A stretch of DNA of 64,000 nt from positions 2,272,001-2,336,000 of the forward strand of contig OZ244852.1 in the NCBI GenBank assembly GCA_965220965.1. The letters are read 5' to 3'. This DNA is from Candidatus Marinacidobacterium sp. Its GTDB lineage: Bacteria; Acidobacteriota; Vicinamibacteria; Marinacidobacterales; Marinacidobacteraceae. Shown in pieces: positions 20,103 through 28,651 of the stretch. A model generated the notes under the pieces. The model was not told the origin of the DNA, made no database searches, and saw only the letters and a list, made by a program, of their open reading frames with translations. Position 1 is the first letter of the stretch. Each line of letters begins with the position of its first letter. Both the position numbers and the translations under genes were made by a program.

Positions 20103-21149
20103 ATGTTCGAGAGGACGAAGAGGGTTCTGGCGAGGCACTACCTGGACGAGGGGATGAGCAAGGCGGCGGTTGCTCGCCGCGTCGGGGTCGGCAGGAGGAC
20201 GCTGTACAACTGGATCCGGGGTGGACTGCTCGAGGGTCGGCTGGGAGACCAGAAGGGCGGATACGGTCCCCGGGGTTCAGGGAGGTCAAAGCTCGAGCCG
20301 TTCGAGGAGATCATCCGGGCGCGGCTGAGCGTCCACCCGCACCTGAGCGCCGTTCGGCTTTTCGAAGAGGTGAGGGCGGCGGGCTACACCGGCGGGTATG
20401 ACCAGGTGAAGCGGCACGTCCGGGAGGTCCGGCCTCGGGAGCGGGTGGAGCCGCCAGTCAGGTTCGAGACGCCCCCAGGCCATCAGGGTCAGGTGGACTT
20501 CGCGGAGTTCGGGCTGCCGTGGGGGAGACGCCACGCGCTGATGGTGGTGCTGGGCTATTCGCGTCGACTCTGGCTGCGGTTCTACGAGGGCCAGACGATG
20601 ATGGTGTTGATCCGCGGCCTTGAGGAAGCGTTCTCGTATCTGGGGGGCGTGCCGACGGAGTTGTTGTTCGACCAGATGAAGGCGGTGGTGATCGCCGACG
20701 GGCGGGGTTCGGGCGGCCGGTTGGTCAAGAACGCGGAGTTCCGGGGCTTCAGCGATCACTGGGGCTTCCGGATCCGGGCCTGCCGGCCGCATCAGGCGCA
20801 GACGAAGGGGAAGGTCGAGCGTCCGATCCGATACGTGCGGGATAACTTCTTCTACGGGCGCGAGTTCGTGTCTGACGACGACCTGAACGCGCGGGCGCGG
20901 CAGTGGCTCGACGATGTGGCCAACGTGCGGGTTCACGGGAGCCTGGGGGAGCGCATTGACGAGCGCTTCGCCCGAGAGGCCCCTCTGCTGGGTCCGCTGG
21001 CGGAGCGGCCCTACGCCCCGGTCGTGCCGCGGATCGAAGCGGCGACGAAGCCGGGGCAAGATGTCCGGGGGCCGGGCGTACCGCGCATCGCCGTCGAACG
21101 GCGGTCGCTGGAGGACTACGCGTCAGTCGGCGCAGGGGGAGCGTTGTGA
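20103..21149 (+). CDS. istA: IS21 transposase
   Basis: N-terminal HTH, RFETPPG.QGQVDF, LFDQMK and QTKGKVER (DDE); GGGAGG RBS. Confidence 0.96.
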   Translation: MFERTKRVLARHYLDEGMSKAAVARRVGVGRRTLYNWIRGGLLEGRLGDQKGGYGPRGSGRSKLEPFEEIIRARLSVHPHLSAVRLFEEVRAAGYTGGYDQVKRHVREVRPRERVEPPVRFETPPGHQGQVDFAEFGLPWGRRHALMVVLGYSRRLWLRFYEGQTMMVLIRGLEEAFSYLGGVPTELLFDQMKAVVIADGRGSGGRLVKNAEFRGFSDHWGFRIRACRPHQAQTKGKVERPIRYVRDNFFYGREFVSDDDLNARARQWLDDVANVRVHGSLGERIDERFAREAPLLGPLAERPYAPVVPRIEAATKPGQDVRGPGVPRIAVERRSLEDYASVGAGGAL

Positions 21150-21964
21150 AGCCCCGGTCTCGCCGGCAGCACATCGCCGAGCAACTGGCCGACCTGAAGA
21201 TGCCGGGAGCTCTCGAGGCCCTGGACGAGGTCCTCGCCGGAGTGGACGGCGGCGGCTACACCGCGTCCGAGGCGATCGATCGGCTGCTGGCTGCGCAGAT
21301 CGCGCTCCGCAACAGCCGCCGGCTGGCCACGGCGATGCGCTCCAGCCGTCTTCCGGGGCTGAAGACGCTGCGGGACTTCGACTTCACCTTTCAGCCGTCC
21401 CTTCGGCGGGAGCAGATCGACTCGCTACACGAGCTCGGCTTCCTGGAGCGCAAGGAGAACGTCGTGTTCCTGGGCCCACCGGGTGTGGGGAAGACCCATC
21501 TGGCGATCAGCCTGGCGGTCGCGGCCGCCGAGAACGGGCGCAGGATCTACTTCGGGACGCTGAGCGATCTGATCGAGTCACTCGAAGAGGCCCACGCATC
21601 AGGCCGGCTCAAGCAGCGGCTTCGGACGCTCACGCATCCTGCGCTGCTGGTCGTGGACGAGATCGGGTATCTCTCCGTGACGCCGAACGGAGCCCGGTTG
21701 TTCTTCCAGCTCGTGAACGCCCGCTACCGGCGGGGTTCGACCGTGCTGACCTCGAACAAGGGCTTCGAGCACTGGGGCGAGATCCTGCACGACGAGGTCA
21801 TGGCGGCAGCCCTCCTGGACCGCCTGCTGCACCGCTGCCACATCGTCAACATCCGTGGGAACAGCTATCGGATGCGACGTCAGATGGAGCTGTCACGCGC
21901 CATTCACCCCACCGCATCCCGGGCGGCGGAGGCCGAGATCAACCAGCAAGGACGGGAGTCGTGA
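21146..21964 (+). CDS. istB: IS21 helper ATPase
   Basis: GPPGVGKTHLA, LLVVDEIGY, LTSNK and LDRLLHRC. Confidence 0.97.
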   Translation: MKPRSRRQHIAEQLADLKMPGALEALDEVLAGVDGGGYTASEAIDRLLAAQIALRNSRRLATAMRSSRLPGLKTLRDFDFTFQPSLRREQIDSLHELGFLERKENVVFLGPPGVGKTHLAISLAVAAAENGRRIYFGTLSDLIESLEEAHASGRLKQRLRTLTHPALLVVDEIGYLSVTPNGARLFFQLVNARYRRGSTVLTSNKGFEHWGEILHDEVMAAALLDRLLHRCHIVNIRGNSYRMRRQMELSRAIHPTASRAAEAEINQQGRES

Positions 21965-22034
21965 AGCCTCGCCGCACCGCCGGTCCGGCCCCCACTCCGG
22001 TCGCTCCGCTCCCTCCGCGGCGGCCAGACCGAAC

Positions 22035-22108
22035 TGTGCCATTTTCGGCGCCCAAATGTGTGCCATTTTCGGCGCCCAAATGTGTGCCATTTTCGATGCC
22101 CATTGACA
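22035..22108. repeat. Three 24-bp-period subterminal repeats at the IS21 right end (two copies at the left end)
   Basis: tgtgccattttcg starts at 22035, 22059 and 22083; multiple transposase-binding repeats are typical of IS21 ends. Confidence 0.9.
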
Positions 22109-22190
22109 GTTGATCCCAAGAAGGAGTGATGTACTCGAGAGCGATTGGAAGGAGTCGACAAACTCGATTCTCCCACCGTCCTCGGCACAG

Positions 22191-22442
22191 TCACTTCTTC
22201 GAGTAGGTGAAGCGGTTGCGGTCCAGCAGGTAGCGGAAGTGTGGGTTCACTAGCATGCTGACCGGCCAGGAACGAACGAGAAATCCCCCGTAGGGCGATC
22301 GCTCAACCCGCGTGATGAATCCGGCGTCAACGCCCTGAGCGCGGCGACGCCGCGCCTCCCGGAGCGCGTCTTCGTAGCGCTCAAACAGAACCGACGGAGC
22401 CGGGGAATCCTGCGGCTCTCTGACGGGCGATGCCTCGCTCAT
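22191..22442 (-). CDS. Small hypothetical protein (83 aa)
   Basis: ATG start, protein-like composition (FERYEDA...TRVERSPYGGFLVRSWP) and a possible -10 TAAGCT upstream. Confidence 0.6.
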   Translation of the reverse strand: MSEASPVREPQDSPAPSVLFERYEDALREARRRRAQGVDAGFITRVERSPYGGFLVRSWPVSMLVNPHFRYLLDRNRFTYSKK

Positions 22443-22560
22443 GATCTGATCCTGGTAGATCGCTCTAGCTTAGCCATGCCCCGCCACAGCAGGATGTCGC
22501 CCTCCGGAGGCCGGATGGGATTGGCCGAACGGGGCCGGCTATCGGACAGGACCGGTAGCC

Positions 22561-23778
22561 TCACCCCGTCCATCCCAGCAACCGGACGAGCTGGACCAGC
22601 GAGAGGCCGGAGATGACGGCGACCACCAGGAAGCCCAGGACGTTCGCCAGCCGGGAGTTGCGGAACCGGCCCATGATCCGCTCGCGGTTCACGACCACCA
22701 GGAGCAGGATCAGGGTCAGCGGGAGCACGACCCCGTTGCCGGCCTGCGCCAGCAGAATGATCTGGTAGGGCGAGCCTCCGAGGAACACGCCCAGCGTCAC
22801 GCCGGTCAGCAGCACGAAGCCCCAGAGCATCCGGAACTTCGGACCCTTCAGGTCGGGGGCGACGCCGAGCGCGCCTCCCGCCGCATAAGCCGCCGCGAGC
22901 GGCGCGGTGATGGCCGAAGTGAGGCCGGCGGCGAAGAGACCCACCCCGAAGAACACCGGCGCGGCGCGCCCGAGGAGCGGCTCGAGCTGGCGCGCCACCG
23001 CGGCGGCGTTCGCGGCATCGGCCCCCTGCCCGAGGAGCGGCGAGGCGGCGACGACGATCGCCGCCGTGATGAACCCTCCGAGCGCCACCGAGACGAGCGT
23101 GTCCCGGCGGCTCTCCCGGATGTTGTCCGCATTGCGGCCGGAGTCCGGCCAGCGCTCCATCGTCGTGCTCGCGTGGAGGAAGAGGTTGTAGGAGACCACC
23201 GTCGTCCCGATGAGCGCCAGAACCGTGAGGAGCGCGCCGTCAGGAACCTGCGGGACGAAGAGCCCCGCCAGAAGCGCCGCGGGGCTTGGGGCGGTGAGGA
23301 TCGCGGTGAGACAGAACACGACGCCCATGAGGGCGACGAGCACCACCAGCGAGTTCTGGATCAGCCGGTAGGCGCCGGTCATGAGCAGGCTTCCGGCGAG
23401 CCCGCCCACGAGGAGGACGAGCAGCGGTTGCGGAACGCCGAAGAGCAGCGACATCCCGAGCGAGGCGCCGAGCAGGTTGCCGGTCTGGAACGCGGCGTTG
23501 CCGAGGAGGATCGTCGCCGCGATCAGACCGAGCATGAGCATCCGGACGCCGCGGTTCTCGAGGCTGTCGCGGATCGCTTCGGCGAGGCCGCGGCGGCTCG
23601 CAAGACCGACCCGCGCCGCCATGTCCTGGAGCACCACGGTGGCGACGACCGAGAACAGGACGGCCCACAGCAGGGCGGTCCCGTACCCCGCTCCCGCCCG
23701 GCTGGCGGTGACGACGGTCCCCGGCCCGATGAAGGCGGCCGTGACCAGGAAGCCGGGCCCCGCGCGGAAGCGGCTCAC
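22561..23778 (-). CDS. NRAMP-related (YcsG-like) membrane transporter
   Basis: GPGFLVTAAFIGPGT, GTTVVSYNLFLH and about 11 TM helices; GTGA overlap with the upstream gene. Confidence 0.85.
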   Translation of the reverse strand: MSRFRAGPGFLVTAAFIGPGTVVTASRAGAGYGTALLWAVLFSVVATVVLQDMAARVGLASRRGLAEAIRDSLENRGVRMLMLGLIAATILLGNAAFQTGNLLGASLGMSLLFGVPQPLLVLLVGGLAGSLLMTGAYRLIQNSLVVLVALMGVVFCLTAILTAPSPAALLAGLFVPQVPDGALLTVLALIGTTVVSYNLFLHASTTMERWPDSGRNADNIRESRRDTLVSVALGGFITAAIVVAASPLLGQGADAANAAAVARQLEPLLGRAAPVFFGVGLFAAGLTSAITAPLAAAYAAGGALGVAPDLKGPKFRMLWGFVLLTGVTLGVFLGGSPYQIILLAQAGNGVVLPLTLILLLVVVNRERIMGRFRNSRLANVLGFLVVAVISGLSLVQLVRLLGWTG

Positions 23779-25379
23779 GCCACGCTCTCCCCGGCGTCCC
23801 TCCGGATGATCGCGGCGGCGTTCCTTCCCGAGACGCCGTGGAGCCCGCCGTAGGGGTAGGTCCCCGGCCCGGCCAGATAAAGCCCCGCAACCGGAGTCCG
23901 ATGGCCGGAGTAGCCGGGAACCGGGCGAAGCGAGAAGAGCTGGTCCATGGTGGGCTCCCCCTGGTGAAAGCTCCCCTCGACGAGACCGAAATCCCGCTCG
24001 AGGAGGGCCGGAGTCAGCACCCGGTGGCCGATCACCAGATCGGCGAGCCCGGGGAACGCGACCTCGAGCGCCGCGATCGCGCGTCGGAGGATGGCGTCCG
24101 CCCGCCGGGCCGGGTCCGGGCCATCCGTCCACGGAACGGTCTGAACGGTGGCCGTCAGCAGATGGTGACCATCCGGCGCGAATCCGGCGGCGTGGAGCGA
24201 AGGCAGGCAGGCGAACACGAGCGGGTCGGCCGCGACCTCGCCGTACTTCGCGGCGTCGGCGGCCTGCTCGAGGTCGTCGAGCGAGGCGCCGATCTGGATC
24301 ACGCCCCGCAGCCGGGGATCGGATTCGGGGGGATCACCCCCGCGCAACCGGGGTAGCCCGGAAAGCAGCAGCCCGATGCGGGCGGCGGTTCCCCGGTAGC
24401 GGATGCGCCGCGCTTCGCGGGTGAAATCGGGCGAGAGCGCCGATGGCTCCGTCCATTCGAGCAGGGTCGTCCGCGGCGAAGCGTCCGAGAGGATGACCGG
24501 AGCGGCGATAGTCCGTCCGTCCCGCAGTTCGACTCCCCGCGCGCGGAGGGCGCCCCCCACCCGCTCGACCAGGATCCGCCGGACACCTCCGCCTTCGGTC
24601 GCGAACCGGGCCCCGGCGGCGCGAGCCGCCCGCCGAAGCGCCCGCCCCAGCCCGGCGGCCCCGCCGCGGGGCGGACGGATCCAGCCGAGCGGCCCGCCGG
24701 GGGCGAAGGCGTGGAAGTGGAGGAACATGCCGGCCGTCCCGGGAGCGCGGGGACCGAGCCGGATCCCGGTGAGCGCCGGCCCGGCGAGCGCCGCCTTCAG
24801 CGGCTGCGATTCGAACCGGTCATCGAGCAGGTCGCGCACCGCCATCGGCAGCATCTGCAGGAGGTCCGGGAGCCGGCGGCGACCGAGCCGGAGCGCCGCC
24901 CCCACCGCCGGAAGCGCGTCTTCGGCGCCGGAGTCGAACCCGAGCGGGGGGCGGGTGAGCAGTCGTCGAAGGAAGCCGGCGAAGTGGCCGAGTTCGGCGT
25001 TGAAGGCGCCGAAGGCGACCGCGTCAGCCACGGACAGCCCCGCGACCGCGAGCCGCGCCCGCTCGGGATCGCGCAGCAGCGCGAAGGGCTCCTCCCCACC
25101 CCGCGACACGACCGTCAGCACCGGGTCCGGCGCCAGCAGCTCGAGGCCGTGGTCGGGGAGTCCGAGAGCCTCGATCACCGAGGGGTCCGGGCCCGGAAGC
25201 GTCTCCGGCGCCACCGGAAACCGGGCGCCCGGCGCGATCTCGGCCTCGCCGAGCATCCCCCCGTTCCAGCGGGGTTCGGTGACGACCAGCGCGCGGCGGC
25301 CGGCGCCGGTCAGAAGCGCGGCCGCCGCCAGGGCGTCGGGCCCCCCGCCGACGAGGACGACGTCGAAGGGGCCGCGCAT
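23775..25379 (-). CDS. Phytoene-dehydrogenase-like FAD oxidoreductase (COG1233), degenerate paralog
   Basis: VVLVGGGPD, AKYG, TPALLERDFGL.EG...QGE, RP.PG and GLYLAGPGTYP.GG. Confidence 0.85.
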   Translation of the reverse strand: MRGPFDVVLVGGGPDALAAAALLTGAGRRALVVTEPRWNGGMLGEAEIAPGARFPVAPETLPGPDPSVIEALGLPDHGLELLAPDPVLTVVSRGGEEPFALLRDPERARLAVAGLSVADAVAFGAFNAELGHFAGFLRRLLTRPPLGFDSGAEDALPAVGAALRLGRRRLPDLLQMLPMAVRDLLDDRFESQPLKAALAGPALTGIRLGPRAPGTAGMFLHFHAFAPGGPLGWIRPPRGGAAGLGRALRRAARAAGARFATEGGGVRRILVERVGGALRARGVELRDGRTIAAPVILSDASPRTTLLEWTEPSALSPDFTREARRIRYRGTAARIGLLLSGLPRLRGGDPPESDPRLRGVIQIGASLDDLEQAADAAKYGEVAADPLVFACLPSLHAAGFAPDGHHLLTATVQTVPWTDGPDPARRADAILRRAIAALEVAFPGLADLVIGHRVLTPALLERDFGLVEGSFHQGEPTMDQLFSLRPVPGYSGHRTPVAGLYLAGPGTYPYGGLHGVSGRNAAAIIRRDAGESVA

Positions 25380-25382
25380 GCC

Positions 25383-27002
25383 TCAGGCCCTCGCGCCCGC
25401 CGCCTGAAGCATCGCGTCGGCGCCGAGCTTGCCCGGAGCGCCCATGACGCCGCCGCCGGGGTGCGCGCCGGAGCCGCACAGGAACAGACCGTGGATCGGC
25501 GTGTGGAACTGCGCCCAGCCGGCGGCGGGACGGAGGAAGAACAACTGATCGAGACCGAGCTCGCCCTGGAAGATGTTCCCCTCGGTGAGGCCGGTGCGGC
25601 GCTCGATGTCCAGCGGGGTCAGAACCTGCCGTTCGAGGATGATGTCGGGGAGGTTCGGCGCGTAACGCGACAGCGTCCGGATCACCGTGTCCCCGAAGAC
25701 GTCGCGCTGGGCGTCCCAGTCCGGATCCCCGGCGCGAAGCGCGTAGGGCGCGTACTGCACGAAGATGGACATCACGTGCTTGCCGGGAGGCGCCATTCCC
25801 GGATCGAGAAGCGACGGGATCAGCACGTCCAGATAGGGCTCCCGGGAGAAGCGGCCGTACTTGGCGTCGTCGTAGGCCCGCTCCATGGTGGCCCGGTCCG
25901 GACTGATCGAGATGGCCCCCTGGAGGTGCGGGCCGCGGCCCGGCATCGCGGTGAAGTCGGGGAGAGCGTCGAGGGCGAGATTCACCTTCCCCGACGACCC
26001 GCGGAGCCGGTACCGCCGGATCTGGTCGAGGAACTCCGTGGGCAACTCGTCCGGATCGGCGAGCCGCAGGAAGGTCCGGTGCGGGTCGAGGCTGGAGCCG
26101 ACCTGGTCGGCGAAGACCTCCTCGCCGTCCTCGAGGACGACCCCGGCGACGCGGCCGGACCGGGACAGGATCCGGTCGACGCCCGCGCCGGTCCGGACGT
26201 CCGCCCCGAAGGCGCGGGCGGAGGACGCGAGCGCCTCGGCCACCGCCCCCATCCCGCCGCGGGCGAAGCCCCACGAACGGGAGGCGCCGTCGATCTCCCC
26301 CATGTAGTGGTGGAGGAGGACGTAGGCGGTCCCGGGGGACATGACGCCGAGGAACGTGCCGATGATGCCGCTCGCGCACATCGTCGCCTTGAGCGCTTCC
26401 GTCTCGAACCAGCGGTCGAGGTAGTCGCTCGCGCTGGAGGTCATGAGCCGGGCCAGCTCGTGGGCGCGCTCCTCCCCGAGCGATGCGAAGTGCTGCGCGA
26501 GCCCGAGGAGACCGCGCACCTCGCGGAGCCGGGGAGACCCGAGCTTCGGTGGGCGCAGCATGAGCAGATCGCGCACCGCACGGCTCATCTGATGCATCCG
26601 CAGCCCGAAGAGCGGGTAGTTGTCGGCGTCGCGCCGGGAGAACCCGAGGAGCGACTCGCGGGTCCGCGCCGGGTCGTGCCACCGGGTCAGGGCGCGCCCG
26701 TCGGGAAGCGGGGTGAACGTTCCGTCGAGCGGCTGAAGCTGGAGGCCGTGGCGGGCGAGATCGAGGTCCGCGATGATCTGCGGCCGGAGCAGGCTCACCA
26801 CATAGGAGAAGACCGAGACGGTGAAGCCCGGGAGGATCTCCTCGCTGAGAGTCGCGCCGCCCACCCGCTCGTTCTTCTCGAGAAGCAGCACTCGCCGGCC
26901 GGCCCGCGCCAGGTAGGCGGCCGCGATCAGGCCGTTGTGCCCGCCGCCGATGACGATGTCGTCGTAGCGCTTCACGGATGGGTGGGCGGGCGCCGGAGCC
27001 AC
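25383..27002 (-). CDS. Phytoene-dehydrogenase-like FAD oxidoreductase (COG1233)
   Basis: IVIGGGHNGL.AAAYLA, GLTEGNIFQGEL and LCGSGAHPGGGVMGAPG. Confidence 0.9.
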   Translation of the reverse strand: MAPAPAHPSVKRYDDIVIGGGHNGLIAAAYLARAGRRVLLLEKNERVGGATLSEEILPGFTVSVFSYVVSLLRPQIIADLDLARHGLQLQPLDGTFTPLPDGRALTRWHDPARTRESLLGFSRRDADNYPLFGLRMHQMSRAVRDLLMLRPPKLGSPRLREVRGLLGLAQHFASLGEERAHELARLMTSSASDYLDRWFETEALKATMCASGIIGTFLGVMSPGTAYVLLHHYMGEIDGASRSWGFARGGMGAVAEALASSARAFGADVRTGAGVDRILSRSGRVAGVVLEDGEEVFADQVGSSLDPHRTFLRLADPDELPTEFLDQIRRYRLRGSSGKVNLALDALPDFTAMPGRGPHLQGAISISPDRATMERAYDDAKYGRFSREPYLDVLIPSLLDPGMAPPGKHVMSIFVQYAPYALRAGDPDWDAQRDVFGDTVIRTLSRYAPNLPDIILERQVLTPLDIERRTGLTEGNIFQGELGLDQLFFLRPAAGWAQFHTPIHGLFLCGSGAHPGGGVMGAPGKLGADAMLQAAGARA

Positions 27003-27042
27003 CGCAACTGGAGGGGCGGACGGACTCGGTTTCCGGCCGGGG

Positions 27043-28491
27043 CTACTCGAGCCCGACGAGCCCCCGGACCGAGGCGATCAGCTTCGCCGAGTCATAGCCG
27101 ACGCCGTCCTTGAACACGGTCACCACGTTCCGGATCTGGAACGGATCGGCCACCGGGTCGCCGTCGATCAGCACGAGGTCGGCGATCTTTCCGGCCTCGA
27201 TGCTGCCGAGGTCGTCGTCGACTCCCAGGACCCGCGCGCCGTTCAGACTCATGATCTGGAGCGCCTGCGCCGGGGTGAACTCCGCTTCGAGCAGCAACTC
27301 GTAGTTCCGCTGGTCGCCGAATCCGGGGAGCGCCCCGCCGTTTCCGGTGGGGTCCACCCCGGCGGCGAGCAGCCCGCCGGCATGGAAGAACTTGTATTCG
27401 AACCGCTGGGCCTTGGGAAAGAGATCGAGGAAGACGGCGTCCTGCGCCTGGGCGATCTCCTCGCGGCGCGCCAGGTACTCATCACGGGCCCCCGGCGCCA
27501 GCGCTTCCAGATTGCGGTCCTCGAGCGGCGGCCGCCCGGGAACGGACAGCTCGTAGACCGCCAGCGTCGAGGTCATGGCCACCTCGTTGTCCACCATGTG
27601 CGAGATCGTGTCGTCCACCTCCTCCGAGTCCACATCGAGCTCGCGGAGCGTGCCGCGGAAATCGGGAGGGCATTCGTCGGGCGCTTTGCTCGCGTGGTAC
27701 TCGGTGTTCGTGAAGAAACCGTGCTCCAGCGCGTCGATCCCGAGATCCACCGCCTCGCGGAAGGTGACGGAGCAGAGGTGGCCGGTGAAGCGGAGTCCGT
27801 GGCGGTGCGCTTCCTCGATGGCGGCGCCGAGTTCGGCGCGCGAGATCCGGGTGTAGGCCTTGAACCAGGTGGCGCCCTCTTCGGCCCAGTAGGCGACGAC
27901 CCGGCGGGCGTCCTCCGGGCTCGCGACCTGGGTCATGTAGGTGCTCGCTCCGGCCCCGGAGATGTAGGGACCGGTGATGTGCATCCGGGGCCCCACGATC
28001 TCGCCCGCGTCGATGGCCCGGCGCATGTTGATCTCGCTGTAGGGGGAGTAGCTGCCGGTCGTGCGGATGGTGGTGACGCCCGACGCCAGGTAGAGCCGCG
28101 GCGAGGTGGTGTTCATCTGCGAGTGCCGCGCCGCCGTCGTGTAGAAGGTGTGGTTGTGGACCCCGACGATCCCCGGGATCAGGGTGTGCCCGGAACCGTC
28201 GATCCGCCGGGCCCCGGCGGGAACGTCGACCTCGCCATCGGGCCCGAGCGCCGCGATCCGGCGGTCCTCGATGAGCACCGTCTGTCCCGACCGCGGCGGC
28301 GCTCCGGTCCCATCCACGACCTGCACTCCGGTGATCGCGATCACCGGGTCGTCGTACGCGACGAAGGCGCGGGCGCGCGGACCCAGTTCGGCGGCGGACT
28401 GGGCCGCCGCGGCGGAAGCCAGGAGGAGGGCGAGCGCGGCGCCCGCGCCCGCCCGCCGGACTCGCTGGTGAACTCCCGGAGTGTCGGTCAT
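27043..28491 (-). CDS. Secreted amidohydrolase-family protein
   Basis: Signal peptide, PG..GVHNH, SGVTTIR, EHG and GSIEAGKIADLVL. Confidence 0.88.
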   Translation of the reverse strand: MTDTPGVHQRVRRAGAGAALALLLASAAAAQSAAELGPRARAFVAYDDPVIAITGVQVVDGTGAPPRSGQTVLIEDRRIAALGPDGEVDVPAGARRIDGSGHTLIPGIVGVHNHTFYTTAARHSQMNTTSPRLYLASGVTTIRTTGSYSPYSEINMRRAIDAGEIVGPRMHITGPYISGAGASTYMTQVASPEDARRVVAYWAEEGATWFKAYTRISRAELGAAIEEAHRHGLRFTGHLCSVTFREAVDLGIDALEHGFFTNTEYHASKAPDECPPDFRGTLRELDVDSEEVDDTISHMVDNEVAMTSTLAVYELSVPGRPPLEDRNLEALAPGARDEYLARREEIAQAQDAVFLDLFPKAQRFEYKFFHAGGLLAAGVDPTGNGGALPGFGDQRNYELLLEAEFTPAQALQIMSLNGARVLGVDDDLGSIEAGKIADLVLIDGDPVADPFQIRNVVTVFKDGVGYDSAKLIASVRGLVGLE

Positions 28492-28651
28492 CTGCGCCTC
28501 CCTGACGGCGCCGGCCCCTCCGAAGACCCGGAGGCCGGAACGGACCGATGGTAGCAGTCCGCCACGACCGGCCCGGCCGCTCCCCGGGCCGGCGTTCGCA
28601 GGCGCTCGAGACCGGATTCGTGCGACAATTCCCGGGCTTGGCTCCCGACTG

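Larger units (their letters stand above)
19944..22108 (+). mobile_element. IS21-family insertion sequence (2165 bp), complete
   Basis: 5'-TG...CA-3' ends; imperfect terminal IRs (tgttggcgggcacgcaaaagtgcacac / tgtcaatgggcatcgaaaatggcacac); 5-bp target duplication GTTGA at 19939-19943 and 22109-22113; carries istA and istB. Confidence 0.96.

Noticed and set aside
22035-22108. Tandem 24-bp repeats as a mini-CRISPR
   Set aside because: No unique spacers and no cas genes; they are the IS21 terminal repeats.
22483-22500. GCGACA-N6-TGTGGC (minus strand) upstream of the 83-aa gene as a third WYL operator
   Set aside because: Spacer is 6 nt rather than 5 and one half-site mismatches; too weak to claim.
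23775-27002. Carotenoid biosynthesis cluster
   Set aside because: Only generic COG1233 oxidoreductases; no phytoene synthase or prenyltransferase in the window.
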